This document shows, piece after piece, positions 21,123 to 31,959 of a stretch of DNA of 64,000 nt (positions are counted from its first letter, which is position 1; each line of letters starts with the position of its first letter). Source of the DNA: Naegleria gruberi (Eukaryota); NCBI GenBank assembly GCA_000004985.1, contig GG738888.1, one strand, 5' to 3'. The notes beneath the pieces are model-generated. The model saw only the letters and a program-made list of their open reading frames with translations, ran no database searches and was not told the origin of the DNA. Made by a program: the position numbers and the translations under genes.

Positions 21123-23150
21123 TTACAATAGAATGAAGGTACATCCAATTAGGACGAAACAAAGTGCAAAAACTATGAGTGATCCCACGATCAGTGTTAC
21201 ATTGGAATCATTTCTCTTTGTTTTAGTTTGTACTTTGGTATATTCTCTCATTAAATCATCATCAGAAAATCCATAAAGCTCATCAATAGATTCATCATTT
21301 CCTTCTCCTTCACCTTTGCTCGTGCTAACAACTTGCTTCCATTTACTTCTCAATTCTCTAACCTTTCCCAATATCATACCATAAACCTCTTCCTGCCGCT
21401 CTCTACCATAAGTGTTCACACTAACATCTTTCAGATATTTGTCTTTGAAATCGTTAGGTAGTTGATTTTTGGGAGTGTCAAAATCTCCAATAAGATCAAA
21501 CCTAACGACATGCTGAGCGGGAACCACTTGATATGTGTTTTCATCTCGCAAAATTGAATCAACTTGTTTTTCTGTTGAATATTTCACTGTGAAATTGGGT
21601 GAGTTACTGGTGGGCTGATATGAGAAGACACCAGTTGTTGTTATTTGAGCTTTGTCTGTACGTTTTTTGAATTTGTAATCAAATAGAACCTTCATTACTT
21701 CGTTGCTTTCATTAACATGTAAATCGTCAGTTGTTCCTCTTTTAGATTGAATAAAGTGAACTAAATGTTTGTCATTACCCACAAATATGATGCATGAATC
21801 AGCACTTGGTGTCTGAGGAGCATTCTTTCTCATTGTAAACTCTTTTGGAGTGCTCTGAATGACATCATGAACAGAACCAAAAGCATTTCCTTCAAGAACT
21901 TTGAAATTCTTTGGACAATAATAGTCAACACCATCTTTCCTCATTATCAAAGAACTATTGTTGATATGTTTGGTAACATATGGCCAATACTCTTTCAAAA
22001 ATCTCAAACCTACATCGCATATTTCATTGGCGTCTGGGCTATATTCTGGAGATAATATTGCAAGATCAATTGGTAGGACTGGAAGACAACGAATGAGCTC
22101 TGTAATAGTAATGAGAGGTGTTCCCTTTTCATTTAAATGAATCCAACCATTTCTATTCATTCTCTCCTTATCAATGGACTCAATTCGCAAATTATTTGAT
22201 AGATAGTCACTGTAAATTGCTTCATACAGCAGATTCATCAAAAATAAAGGCTTTTCAGGGTTCAAATTTTTCCAATTTAAACAGAATGTTGTGAAACCAG
22301 TTTCGTATTTTGCTGCAATTTTACATAAATATTTCCAACATTTGCCTTTCGCAAAATCAAAACGATCCTCAGTCTCAGTCATTTTCTTAACTCTGTCTGA
22401 TGCCCTGCTATAAATTCTTTTTGGTAACGTCCAACCATTATAAATTGTTTCAACATGCTCGAATACTGTTTTGGTGTCAGAAATGCCAGTGGATTTCCCC
22501 CAACTCCAGCTTTTAACAAACTCTGTACACAAACCAGGATGTCCTCTTAGTAAATTGAAACAAAGTTTGAATAGGTAGGTCAGTATTGAATTTGATGGAA
22601 AGGCCATGTTTTGTAAAAAGATATTAATTTGATCATCATTCCAATAAGCAAGCCTGATCCATTCTGTTATATCTGGATTCAAATATTCAAACATAACTGC
22701 TGATTGACTAGTAATTGCAATCAGAACAAATGTTTGTTCACACAAGAATTGGAGCATCTTTCGGATAGTTTCTTGTCCAAAACGTTCAACAATTCTATCC
22801 AAATCATCAAATTGTAAGAGTAGATCATTGGCTGTTCCTTTTAAATTTGTCAAAAGTGTCAAGAGATTTTTATCATCTAAATTCACCGATGGTTGACTCT
22901 TCAATAATTTAAATACTAATTCCTCTTCATTTCTCACAGAAGCCAAGTCTAACAAAGAAACTCTATCAAATGATATGTTAACAATGGAAAGTTTATCACT
23001 ATTTGATGTATGATATTCCTGAAAGAAACGACTCTTTCCAATTCCCTTCACACCACAACAAACAAATATACGTTTCTTATTGGCGATGGATTTGGCTAGA
23101 AGTGTAGATTGAGTAGCATTCTCAATGTAGGTTAACGTTGGTGGTGCCAT
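21123..23150 (-). CDS. tail-anchored STAND-like (NB-ARC/NACHT-like) P-loop NTPase, paralog A (full length)
   Basis: The track start is TTG; the first ATG is at 23150. Motifs: Walker A CCGVKGIGKSRF, Walker B LLLQFDDLD, sensor-1-like FVLIAITSQS, GxP motif LLRGHPGLCTEFVKSW, conserved ILSPEYSPDANEICDVGLRFLKEYWP, and a C-terminal TM anchor TLIVGSLIVFALCFVLIGCTFILL at the very end. Confidence 0.6.
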   Translation of the reverse strand: MAPPTLTYIENATQSTLLAKSIANKKRIFVCCGVKGIGKSRFFQEYHTSNSDKLSIVNISFDRVSLLDLASVRNEEELVFKLLKSQPSVNLDDKNLLTLLTNLKGTANDLLLQFDDLDRIVERFGQETIRKMLQFLCEQTFVLIAITSQSAVMFEYLNPDITEWIRLAYWNDDQINIFLQNMAFPSNSILTYLFKLCFNLLRGHPGLCTEFVKSWSWGKSTGISDTKTVFEHVETIYNGWTLPKRIYSRASDRVKKMTETEDRFDFAKGKCWKYLCKIAAKYETGFTTFCLNWKNLNPEKPLFLMNLLYEAIYSDYLSNNLRIESIDKERMNRNGWIHLNEKGTPLITITELIRCLPVLPIDLAILSPEYSPDANEICDVGLRFLKEYWPYVTKHINNSSLIMRKDGVDYYCPKNFKVLEGNAFGSVHDVIQSTPKEFTMRKNAPQTPSADSCIIFVGNDKHLVHFIQSKRGTTDDLHVNESNEVMKVLFDYKFKKRTDKAQITTTGVFSYQPTSNSPNFTVKYSTEKQVDSILRDENTYQVVPAQHVVRFDLIGDFDTPKNQLPNDFKDKYLKDVSVNTYGRERQEEVYGMILGKVRELRSKWKQVVSTSKGEGEGNDESIDELYGFSDDDLMREYTKVQTKTKRNDSNVTLIVGSLIVFALCFVLIGCTFILL

Positions 23151-23337
23151 TTTTTTTAAAGTGTCATCATCTTTACTAATCGCCAATCAAACTGTTGAGA
23201 GGTTTCCACTTTCGATAGACCTGAAATTTGATAAACAGGTTCATCTTATCAACACTACAATTTTCAACCAGACACATTGAAATGGTGTGAATTTATTTTT
23301 CCATTAAGCTTTTCAACACTCGTTGTCATTCCTTAAT

Positions 23338-25259
23338 TTACAAAACAAGAGCAGCAAAAATCAAGCAGAAAACTATAGCAAAAATTAACAAGTACCACAA
23401 GAATGAACCAACACTTGAAGGTTTCGTCTTTTTGCCATGAGATTTTTGATAATATTTGTCAGTTTCGAAATTGTCATCAGAAGCAGAACTATAATAATCT
23501 GAATCTCCTTCTTCATCCTCCATTTGAGCGACCACCTCACTGCTGCTAGCTTTTGGAATTGGTGTGTTATTAACATACTCATCGATCATCTCATTACTTT
23601 CTACAGTTTCAAGTTTAGGATTAGTATCATTCTTCTTTCTTCTTCATCTCTAGGTGATTCCCAAGCACTACTCAATTCTCTCAACAGGCTTAATAATGGC
23701 CCATAAACTTCTGTACTCTTACTCTTTCCATGAACCTCAATCTTGATAGATGGAAAGATTTTCTTCAATTTTAAAATCGATTCAGTAAAATCATTATCAA
23801 AATCTCCAATCAATTCAAATAAAATGTTAGCTTCGAGTGGTGTTATTTCTTCATAAGCTCCATTTTTTTTGCCTTCTTTAATTTCTTCACCCTTACTTCC
23901 ACTGGAAGAACCTTGCAGTCTTACTATATGAAAGTTGTTTGTGTTTGTGTGAAAAACTGAGTAAATTTCACTTCCCTTGGTTGTGAACTTTACTTTTTCC
24001 AAGAGAGGTTTTGGTGGTTCCTTTGCGTTTGTTGTCAATCTTTTAGATTTTCTTCCTATAAACAGTTCATCTACAGCTTGTTGTTTTTGTGTTTCCTCCT
24101 TTTTCTTTAAGTTTTTAAATGAGACTACTTGAAAAACATAGTCAAATAACGTCTTGAAAACCTCATCTTCCAAGCTAACAGCAGCATTTGAAGCACTTGT
24201 GAATCTTTTAGATTGAATCAAATGTAGTGAGTTTCCTATTTTACAAAAAGAATCTGCTCCTGATGCTTTTTCAGCATTCACATAGAGCATGTATTCATCT
24301 GGTTGTACCAACATTCCATAAACATCAAGTTTTGATAGAGAGTTCATAACTGAGAAATTTGTTGGAATGCTATTTCGAATTCCATCTATCGTTAAGGAGA
24401 TTGTATTTGCATTTTCGTCCTTTTGAATATGTGGCCAATAATGTTTCAAAAATCTCACACTGACATCCGTTATTTCATTTGCATTTGGGCTGTATTCTGG
24501 TGCCAGAATTGCAATATCGATAGGCAAAAAAGGAAAGAGACTAATGAGCTCAATAATTGTCAACACTGCAACTCCTCCACTTTCATATAATTGTCCTTTC
24601 TTTCCCATCTTAATAGCTCTCTTACTGGTTCGATAATTTTCATAAATTGACTTGTTGGGATCATATTTCTTTTTCTTTTGGGTGGCTGTTTCGTCCTTAC
24701 TCGAAGTCAACTTTCTTTTGACATCTGTTGTTGTGTCAGAACTAGTTTGATTGGAGTCTTTGGATTGTTTGCTATCTTTCTCACCGTTTGCAAACAGTGC
24801 ATCATGCAGGATATTCATCAACAAGAACTTTTTCATCGCATCCATTCCTGAACTAAACTTTTCCACAATTGGAGAACTATAACGAGCAGCAATTTGATGG
24901 AAATAAATCCAACACCTTCTTTTGAGAAATTTCTTGAATTTCTCTACTTCAATTTCTGAGGAATCAACTTGTCCCTTTCTGTATTCTTCCATAATTTTAG
25001 TGAATGAAATTGAGTTTAGATTTCCATCTGTCCAACACTTTACAAACTCCCAACACAATCCAGGATGTCCTTTCAATAAGTTTAAAGCAATCCAAAATAC
25101 ACTATAAACACATTTGTCTTCCCTTGAAGTATTGTCACTATTAAATCCCAATAATTTTTGTAAAAACTCCTTAATATCAGTAGTGTTCCAATATTTGTGA
25201 ATGATTATTGTCTGCTTGACATCAACTTCTTCTGGTTGACCTTCATCTGTTCTCATCAA
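23338..25259 (-). pseudogene. STAND-like NTPase paralog B, helical/C-terminal part plus TM tail; disrupted by -1 frameshift (~23625-23645)
   Basis: Aligns to paralog A from 'YWN..F..LL.GHPGLCWEFVKCW' through 'ILAPEYSPNANEITDVSVRFLKHYWP'. ORF 23338..23589 supplies the TM tail (FLWYLLIFAIVFCLIFAALVL) in the -1 frame after ...ESPRDEEE in the low-complexity GAAGAAGAAAGAAGAA tract. It is probably one gene with 25382..26212. Confidence 0.5.
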
Positions 25260-25381
25260 TACATCATATTCATCCTCATCAACATTATCTTCATCACCAT
25301 CAACATCATCTTCTGTTTGACCTTCTGTTAATGTGGCTATTGATTGTTTCGCATTAAACTTTTGTTTTTTTATAATAACGG

Positions 25382-26212
25382 CTACCTTATCAGTTTCATC
25401 AGTAGTGGCTTGTGATGAGGTGGTGGTAACGTGCTTTTTTCTGTATTATTTCTTATAACACTTGATGGAATACATTCACCAACAATAGTTTGATCTCTGG
25501 ACGAAAGTGCAATTCTAATTTTTTGAATGGGAAGAGTCAATAACAATGCAATAGATTCCTGCAATAGAGAATTTCCTCCCTGCTTGTAAAACGCTTGGAC
25601 ATCATCAAAATGAATAAGAATGATACTTGAAGAATCGAATAATTGTAAGAGAGCGTATACTCGGCGCTGATCTGATAACGAATCATAATTTTCAGGAAGG
25701 TTTCTTGCATCATCAGAGAGCTTACTAATTAAAATTCTTTCAATAAATAATCGTTTGTTTGAATTTTCGATTGGAATAAGATTTTTTTCATAATCAGAAA
25801 GTTCAATTCGCAAATATCGAACAGGAACCCATGGAGATTGTGTTTTGTTGTACAGTTCAACTCCTTCTCTGAAAAAATGTGTTTTTCCAATTCCCTTCAC
25901 ACCAAAATTGTAAATTACTTTAACTTGAGGTGTTTTGAGAAATTCGAATAAAGTTTGATTATTTCGTTGAAGTGGTTTGTCACCAACAGCTACTGCTGAA
26001 GAGGAGGATGAAGCTGATGATGAAGACGAATCTGATGATGATTGTACACCAGTTGCCCGTGACATTTTTAAACGAGAGTGTGAAAGATTGTTGTGAAATC
26101 TAATCATCATCATCATTGACCTCTTAATCGTTTCTGGAACAACGACACAATTTATGGAGTTGAGTTTACTATTAAGATTTACCGAGTTGAAATGGAAAGT
26201 GATTGAGTGCAT
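25382..26212 (-). pseudogene. STAND-like NTPase paralog B, N-terminal P-loop domain (Walker A/B + sensor-1); separated from 23338..25259 by adjacent TAG/TAA in different frames
   Basis: Walker A YNFGVKGIGKTHF, Walker B ILIHFDDVQAF, sensor-1 IRIALSSRDQT. The stop lies 2 nt from where the downstream part's reading frame begins, next to an A7/T7 run. A 1-nt deletion there would fuse the two parts into an A-like protein of about 830 aa. Alternatively it is a split or pseudogenised copy. Confidence 0.5.
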
Positions 26213-26295
26213 CAGTTCCTTCCTTGGGCGGATAAACTATTTCATGTTAACACAGATGAAATACCTCTGTTCTGTGAATTGGTCTGATAAAAATC

Positions 26296-27394
26296 ATGTT
26301 GTTGTGGTACGATTTAGTGTGGATGGTGTTGTTGCCTCTCTCTTTCTTGTTGTTTGCTTTCTACTATTTAAAGAGAGAACAATTAGTGGAGAAATCGAAT
26401 AGAAATTTTGAGTATGAGGGAGAAGATAGACTCTTTCTTATTAAACCACCAAGTAGAATAGTGGATCTCCCAAAGAATAGGTCTATAGATGAAGTTTTAT
26501 CTAGTGTGAAAATTAAAATGTTATCCTATAATAAATTATCATTGGACCAGGGAAAGAAACTAGTCGAAAGGTTATCGGAAAGAAGATATTTCAATTCTCT
26601 TCAATATTTGTGTTTAGTAAGTGTGTAATTATCTATGGAATTTATTGAATAACATCTTTCAACAGTCAAGACCTCAATATACTTGCTCATGTTCTCTTAC
26701 AACTTTGACATCTGTTTGGAATTATTTATTTACTTCAATGGGATGTGGTGATTTACCTCCATTATGTCAGGAAGATGTTATTTCATTAATGGGATTTGAT
26801 GAACCTTTCGATGATATTAGTTTTGGTAAATTGGCTTCAAACAAACGTAAGTTTAGTTTAGTTTAGTTGTAAATAATTGGAAATAGAGGATGCTTTAGTA
26901 AGTTGATCAAACAATGTGGAATTATTAATTTTATCAAAAAGTGGTTCTATACATTGTGTTCTTTATTCAAAGTTAGAGGAAGATCTTCCATGGTGTGGAA
27001 GAAACAAGGCGAAAACAATACGAAAGGTAGAACAAGAGAACAGGTAATGTCTATCATTAAACAAGGACTGAAATCAAAAACTTGTTCATTTGTCTATCAC
27101 ATGCACCATCATGTTTGTTTAATTGTAGGCTATGAAGAAACACCCATTGATCCGACACTATCCTATTCTAAACTAAACCTTTCATCAGATGAAAAGAACA
27201 CTTGGCTCATTGTTGGTGATATTTCATCCAAACTCTCACCTCTAATCTCTGTTTCATTGGATGACATAGAAAGAGACTTGTCAACTCAACCTCCTCAATA
27301 CCTCGACGTTAGACATTTGAATGATGGTTTGAAATTTGATGAAACGTTAAGCTCAAATCCCAACTGCATCATAATGTATGAGCATTGTGTGTGA
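26296..27394 (+). CDS. phytochelatin synthase-like (glutathione gamma-glutamylcysteinyltransferase / peptidase C83 fold) protein; exons 26296..26616, 26666..26846, 26973..27394
   Basis: Joined exons give ..LQYLCL|SRPQYTCSCSLTTLTSVWNYL.. (compare PCS '[25 protein letters not shown]'), ..YHMHHHVCLIVGYEE.. (PCS 'GHFSPIGGY'), and ..WLIVGDIS (PCS 'ALILDV'). Introns are GTAAGT..CAG of 49 nt and GTAAGT..CAAAG of 126 nt. The phase-1 join was checked. N-terminal TM segment; ATG at 26296. Confidence 0.5.
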
Positions 27395-27493
27395 AAATAT
27401 GTAGCACAACGATGAAGAATAAAGCTATCACTTACTTTAAATTTTCACATATTCCGAAATGAGATTAGTCCGATTTCTCTTACAAAAAAAAAG

Positions 27494-29579
27494 ATGAACA
27501 CTATTCAGAAGCTCATCTTTGTATTGTTATTGGGTCTACTTGTTAGTGTTGTGTATTCATCCACATTATCATCAACATCTGGAGATTCGTCCAGTTTATC
27601 TTCACTTTGTACTCAAATTCCAATCTCTATAACAAATATTGGTGAGTGTGTTGAAACCGAATGTAAAGCAACTATCAGCACATTAACCAAAACTCTCTCA
27701 TCCAAATCAAATTGTTTTCTTTTAACTGTCGAAAATCAAATTGTCGGTCAAATTAATATTGACATGCAAAACGGTTTCAAAACACAACAATCTAATGAGT
27801 GTTATTATTCTGATGATTATGCTTTCAATACTACTATTAAATGTAGTAGATCCTCTCGTTTGACTTGTAGTAATTGTCCAGGTTTCTCTTCGAATAATCC
27901 CTATTCGAAATGTGTTTTTGGAAGAGGTATTGAAAATCAGTCCTGGTGTGGATATACAACTTATTTTATGGGAAATTTGAGATATAAAGTTTGTCATCTC
28001 AGTGAACCTTCTCCACCATCCATAATGATGAAAGTTTCTACTAGTCAAAATTCCATTCCTTTCTACGTTAATTATACGAAAGATGTCAATCAATATACTA
28101 ACTCTGATGGTAGTATTACTGTTTCTGTTGATAATGTGAAAACTACTGATCCAGAAGTCAAGCAATTCATTGCCTATGATTCAGCAAATCCAACCGATTT
28201 CTTTTATTTACCTTTTCACTTGGTTAATATGGGAAACGAGTTTAATTATTCCAAATTGGGATGGGTCAAATCATTCCCTAAACCTAGTATTGGTCATCCA
28301 GATTATCCACCAACTAATTTCATGACTATTGGTTGTGAAACTCAAAATGGTATTGCAACAACTTCAGCTGTCTATAATTCTGACATTTTGACTTCCTCTT
28401 ATGCAGCTTCCAAAATTGGAGGCATGTCTTTACAAGATGCAGAATATAACACTTTACAATTATCAAACTTCCCTGGATTGGGTTACAATTATCAACCTTA
28501 TCATTATATTAAGGATGGTATCATGAGCATTTTTTACAAAACTCCGTCTCGTGTTACCTTTATTGGAATAACTCCTGATCTCCATATAGTTCCAATGCAA
28601 TATAATGCAATTCCTGCAAGTGTTAATATCAAGACTAATAGAGGTTTGGTTGAAACATTTACAAGTCCAGTAGCTCACTGTGATTATGTTTATACTCCTG
28701 AAGGTGGAGCATGTACTCAAGTGTGTCTTATTCGAAACTCTGATAGTGTTTCCTCATATGGATTTGCAAGAATGAATAGCTGTCAATTTAATCATCATTC
28801 TTTGGTTGGATTATCCGATTTTTCAATCACTGCAATGAAATGGCCTGAAATGCAATGGTATTCTTACACATTTAAAAAGAATATTACATCTACTAGAGTT
28901 AATACCCCTTCTCTAGTGTCAAGTGTCACAATTAATTCATTGACTGTTAGTTTGAATTATCAATTAACATTAAGAAACTTTACAATTTCATTCAAATCAA
29001 GTTCAATCATTCCAACCATTGGAAATTGTACTCAAGATGGAAATCAATTATCATTTACATTGGGAAGTTTATCCTATCCTGGAAAAATTCTGGTATACTT
29101 TTCAGATTCAAATATTCCTTCATTATCACCAGTTGTTGGTCTAATTCCATCTGTGTCAACTGTCCAATTGACCGATTCACAAGTTAAAACTCAAGATTTG
29201 GTTGTCATTGCAAGAAATGGAGATTATCAATCAACTTGTATCATTTCAATGAAAGGTGTGTTATCAACTGAACCATTTGTATCTAGACAATATTGTAAAC
29301 TTAGAGTCAACCACAAATTCAACTGATAGTGGAAATAACAATGGAAACAATGGAACTACAACTTCAGAATGGGTTGACAAGGTTTCTGCCAAGTTGGGAC
29401 TTTCAATTTCCCAATACGATTCAACTACTCAATTGGCGATTGTTGTTTCAATACTTTTGGCTATTTCATTGGCATGCACTGTTGTAATTGTTGTTATTGG
29501 AAGATTCGTGTTCAACAAGTACTTTTCCAAAAAGAAGAAATCAAGAAAATATAAGAAATATTACAATAAATATGATTAA
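27494..29579 (+). CDS. cell-surface glycoprotein (signal peptide, Cys-containing ectodomain, C-terminal TM + basic tail), paralog 1; exons 27494..29255, 29287..29579
   Basis: Signal peptide MNTIQKLIFVLLLGLLVSVVYS. Many N-glycosylation sequons. A 31-nt GTGTGT..CTAG intron (or a frameshift) joins ..CIISMK|DNIVNLESTTNSTDSGNNNG.. to the TM helix LAIVVSILLAISLACTVVIVVIG and KKKKSRKYKKY tail. It aligns along its length to the convergent neighbour. Confidence 0.55.
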
Positions 29580-29593
29580 ATAGTTGTAATGCT

Positions 29594-31738
29594 TTATTGC
29601 TGTTTCTCCTTCTTCTTTTTTCCTTTTAATGAAATGGCACACTTGACAATAAGAATAATGAATCCAATAGCCAATCCAATTGCCAACAAGGAACCAATAG
29701 CAATTCCAATAAATACTAGAACTGTAATGAAAATTTGAATTGGTTCTGTGAATCCCTTCAATGCTTCAGACAATGAAGGACTAAATCCATTCAAGAATGA
29801 TAGAATTCCAGATAATCCACTTCCACCTCCACCACCACCATCAGTGTTGTTAATTACAATTGGAGGATCATTAATTGTTACATTATAATTAATAGTGATG
29901 GCACATTGATCCTTGTAGTCACCATTTTGGACATAAATAACCACAATAGCATTCTTGTAAGAGCCAGATATGGAAGTGGAATAAGTTTGTGAAACGAGAC
30001 CAATAGTTGGATTTGATGAAGGAATGGTTGGAGATGAAAAATAGACCAATACTTTACCAGAATAGGATAAACTCTTCAAATCATAGAATACTTGATTATC
30101 TTTCTGATTGCAATTGGAAATTTTTGGCATGATAGAGTCAGATTTGAATTTAACTGTAAAATTATTCATGGTAAGTGTAAATGAAACATAGGCGGTTGTT
30201 GAAGCAATATTAACTGAAAGAGGAATAGTTGAAGTGCTTATATCATCATATGGAGTTGAGGTGATTTTCAATCCTGAATATTCATATTTGTAAGGTCTAA
30301 AATCTGGATATTTCATAACAATAGCACTTGTAAATGGAATGAGTTTTGATGAGTCAAATGTACAACTGTTCATTAAGGCGAATCCATACTCATTTACTGC
30401 GCCAGGTGTTTTTGTAATGACACATGCTTGTGTACAAGTATTCTTTTCCTTATATATTTGAATGAAATCACAATGAGCATAGGAAGGAGACCATTGAATA
30501 TTTGTTGCCAAGTTGGTATTTAATGTAAATGGAGTAGTAATAACATGGTATAAGTAAGGAACAATTTCCTTTTGAATAGTCAATCCAATAAATGAAACTT
30601 TGGACATGTCACTTGGATTATAACTCATGAAACCCTGACCAATTGACCAATATGGATTGTAAACTCCCAAATTGGTCCCACTCTGAGCTAGTCCACTAAA
30701 AAATGAGGGATCATATAATTGAACACGATAGTTTAACTTGGAAGCTCTATACTGTTCCAAGAGACTGCTATACACAGGAGCAGCTTTAACTTCCAATCTA
30801 CCTCCCATATTATCTCTACAGACAAAATCAGTAATCTTGAAACTTGAATCGAACCTAAAACCTGCATCATTACCATATGATTTGAACCAACCAATTCTGT
30901 CATAATTATACTCAGTTTTTCTGTTTGTAGTAATTGCTGGAAGATAGTAGAAATCATCTGGTTTGGCAGTTCTATACATGACAAAAGTGGAAGGTTGAGG
31001 ATCATCTCCAGAGACTGACGAAACTGTAAAATTCAATGACCTTTCTGGAGAGAGAAATGTTTTAACAGTATCCTTATATTCAATATTCAACTCTTCCATT
31101 GGTGTTGTAATGTGCAAAACAACATTCTTAGCACCTGGAGATCCCAATTGACAAACTTTGTAATCGTAACCACCTGAAACCCAAACTTTGGCACACATGG
31201 TTCCTTCATCTTTAAATATACATGGACCCCAATTAGCTAGATTTCCCCAAAATCCCCAATCAGACCAAGAACTTGTAAAACAATATGCTGTTCCTGGATA
31301 CTTTGAAGAATCGATTGGACAATATGCTCCAGATCCACATCCAAGTGACTCCTGATTATGACATCTACAAGTTGATTCCCATGTATATTGTGGATCTGCT
31401 GTGTAATAACATCCATCGGTGGTTGCTGTTTGAATTTTATACGAATCTAACAATGATATATTCACAGTACCTAAACTAGTGTCATCCAAGAAGAGTTCCA
31501 TACACATTTTTGAATTACTTCCCGTACTAACAGATCCAGCAACTACAATATTTGCCTGACACACATTTGCAACACAATTTTGAATGGAACTCACAGCAAT
31601 GGGTGTTGATTTACATGCCATGGAATTTTGACCATTCACAAATCTGAAATTTGTTGTGAGTTGATTTAGAACTATTAGTATGGATAGTAAAAGTACACCA
31701 CATATTGATCGTGCTTTGAATAAATGAAAGAAGGACAT
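29594..31738 (-). CDS. cell-surface glycoprotein paralog 2 (signal peptide, homologous ectodomain, G-rich linker, TM + KKKK tail)
   Basis: Shares blocks with paralog 1: FIGLTIQKEIVP / FIGITPDLHIVP, AHCDF..CTQACVITK / AHCDY..CTQVCLIRN, YGFALMNSCTF / YGFARMNSCQF, SLSYSGKVLVYFS / SLSYPGKILVYFS, and NGDYKDQCAI / NGDYQSTCII. Probable ATG at 31738 (MSFFHLFKARSICGVLLLSILIVL); the alternative is 31828. Confidence 0.55.
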   Translation of the reverse strand: MSFFHLFKARSICGVLLLSILIVLNQLTTNFRFVNGQNSMACKSTPIAVSSIQNCVANVCQANIVVAGSVSTGSNSKMCMELFLDDTSLGTVNISLLDSYKIQTATTDGCYYTADPQYTWESTCRCHNQESLGCGSGAYCPIDSSKYPGTAYCFTSSWSDWGFWGNLANWGPCIFKDEGTMCAKVWVSGGYDYKVCQLGSPGAKNVVLHITTPMEELNIEYKDTVKTFLSPERSLNFTVSSVSGDDPQPSTFVMYRTAKPDDFYYLPAITTNRKTEYNYDRIGWFKSYGNDAGFRFDSSFKITDFVCRDNMGGRLEVKAAPVYSSLLEQYRASKLNYRVQLYDPSFFSGLAQSGTNLGVYNPYWSIGQGFMSYNPSDMSKVSFIGLTIQKEIVPYLYHVITTPFTLNTNLATNIQWSPSYAHCDFIQIYKEKNTCTQACVITKTPGAVNEYGFALMNSCTFDSSKLIPFTSAIVMKYPDFRPYKYEYSGLKITSTPYDDISTSTIPLSVNIASTTAYVSFTLTMNNFTVKFKSDSIMPKISNCNQKDNQVFYDLKSLSYSGKVLVYFSSPTIPSSNPTIGLVSQTYSTSISGSYKNAIVVIYVQNGDYKDQCAITINYNVTINDPPIVINNTDGGGGGGSGLSGILSFLNGFSPSLSEALKGFTEPIQIFITVLVFIGIAIGSLLAIGLAIGFIILIVKCAISLKGKKKKEKQQ

Positions 31739-31959
31739 TAAAGATGAATGATGGCAGCTAGCCAGATGTGTGTGTGAAGAATATTTTTTGAAAAACAACA
31801 GCATTATAGCTATGTGGAGAACTGACATTGTCAAAGTGCATCAAAGATGATCTGAAGAATGAACAATGTATTTAAAGTGTAGTGTTGACATATTAAGCTC
31901 AACAATTGGGTAGATGTGTGAAAAGTAAACGATGTGCGTAATTGAGCTGTTAAAAAAAT

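Noticed and set aside
29256-29286. Treating the 27494 gene frame change as another homopolymer frameshift
   Set aside because: The site is not a homopolymer. A 31-nt GT..AG intron joins the frames and gives a product collinear with the paralog (..CIISMK|DNIVNLESTTNST..). It is kept as an intron, but a sequencing error cannot be fully excluded.
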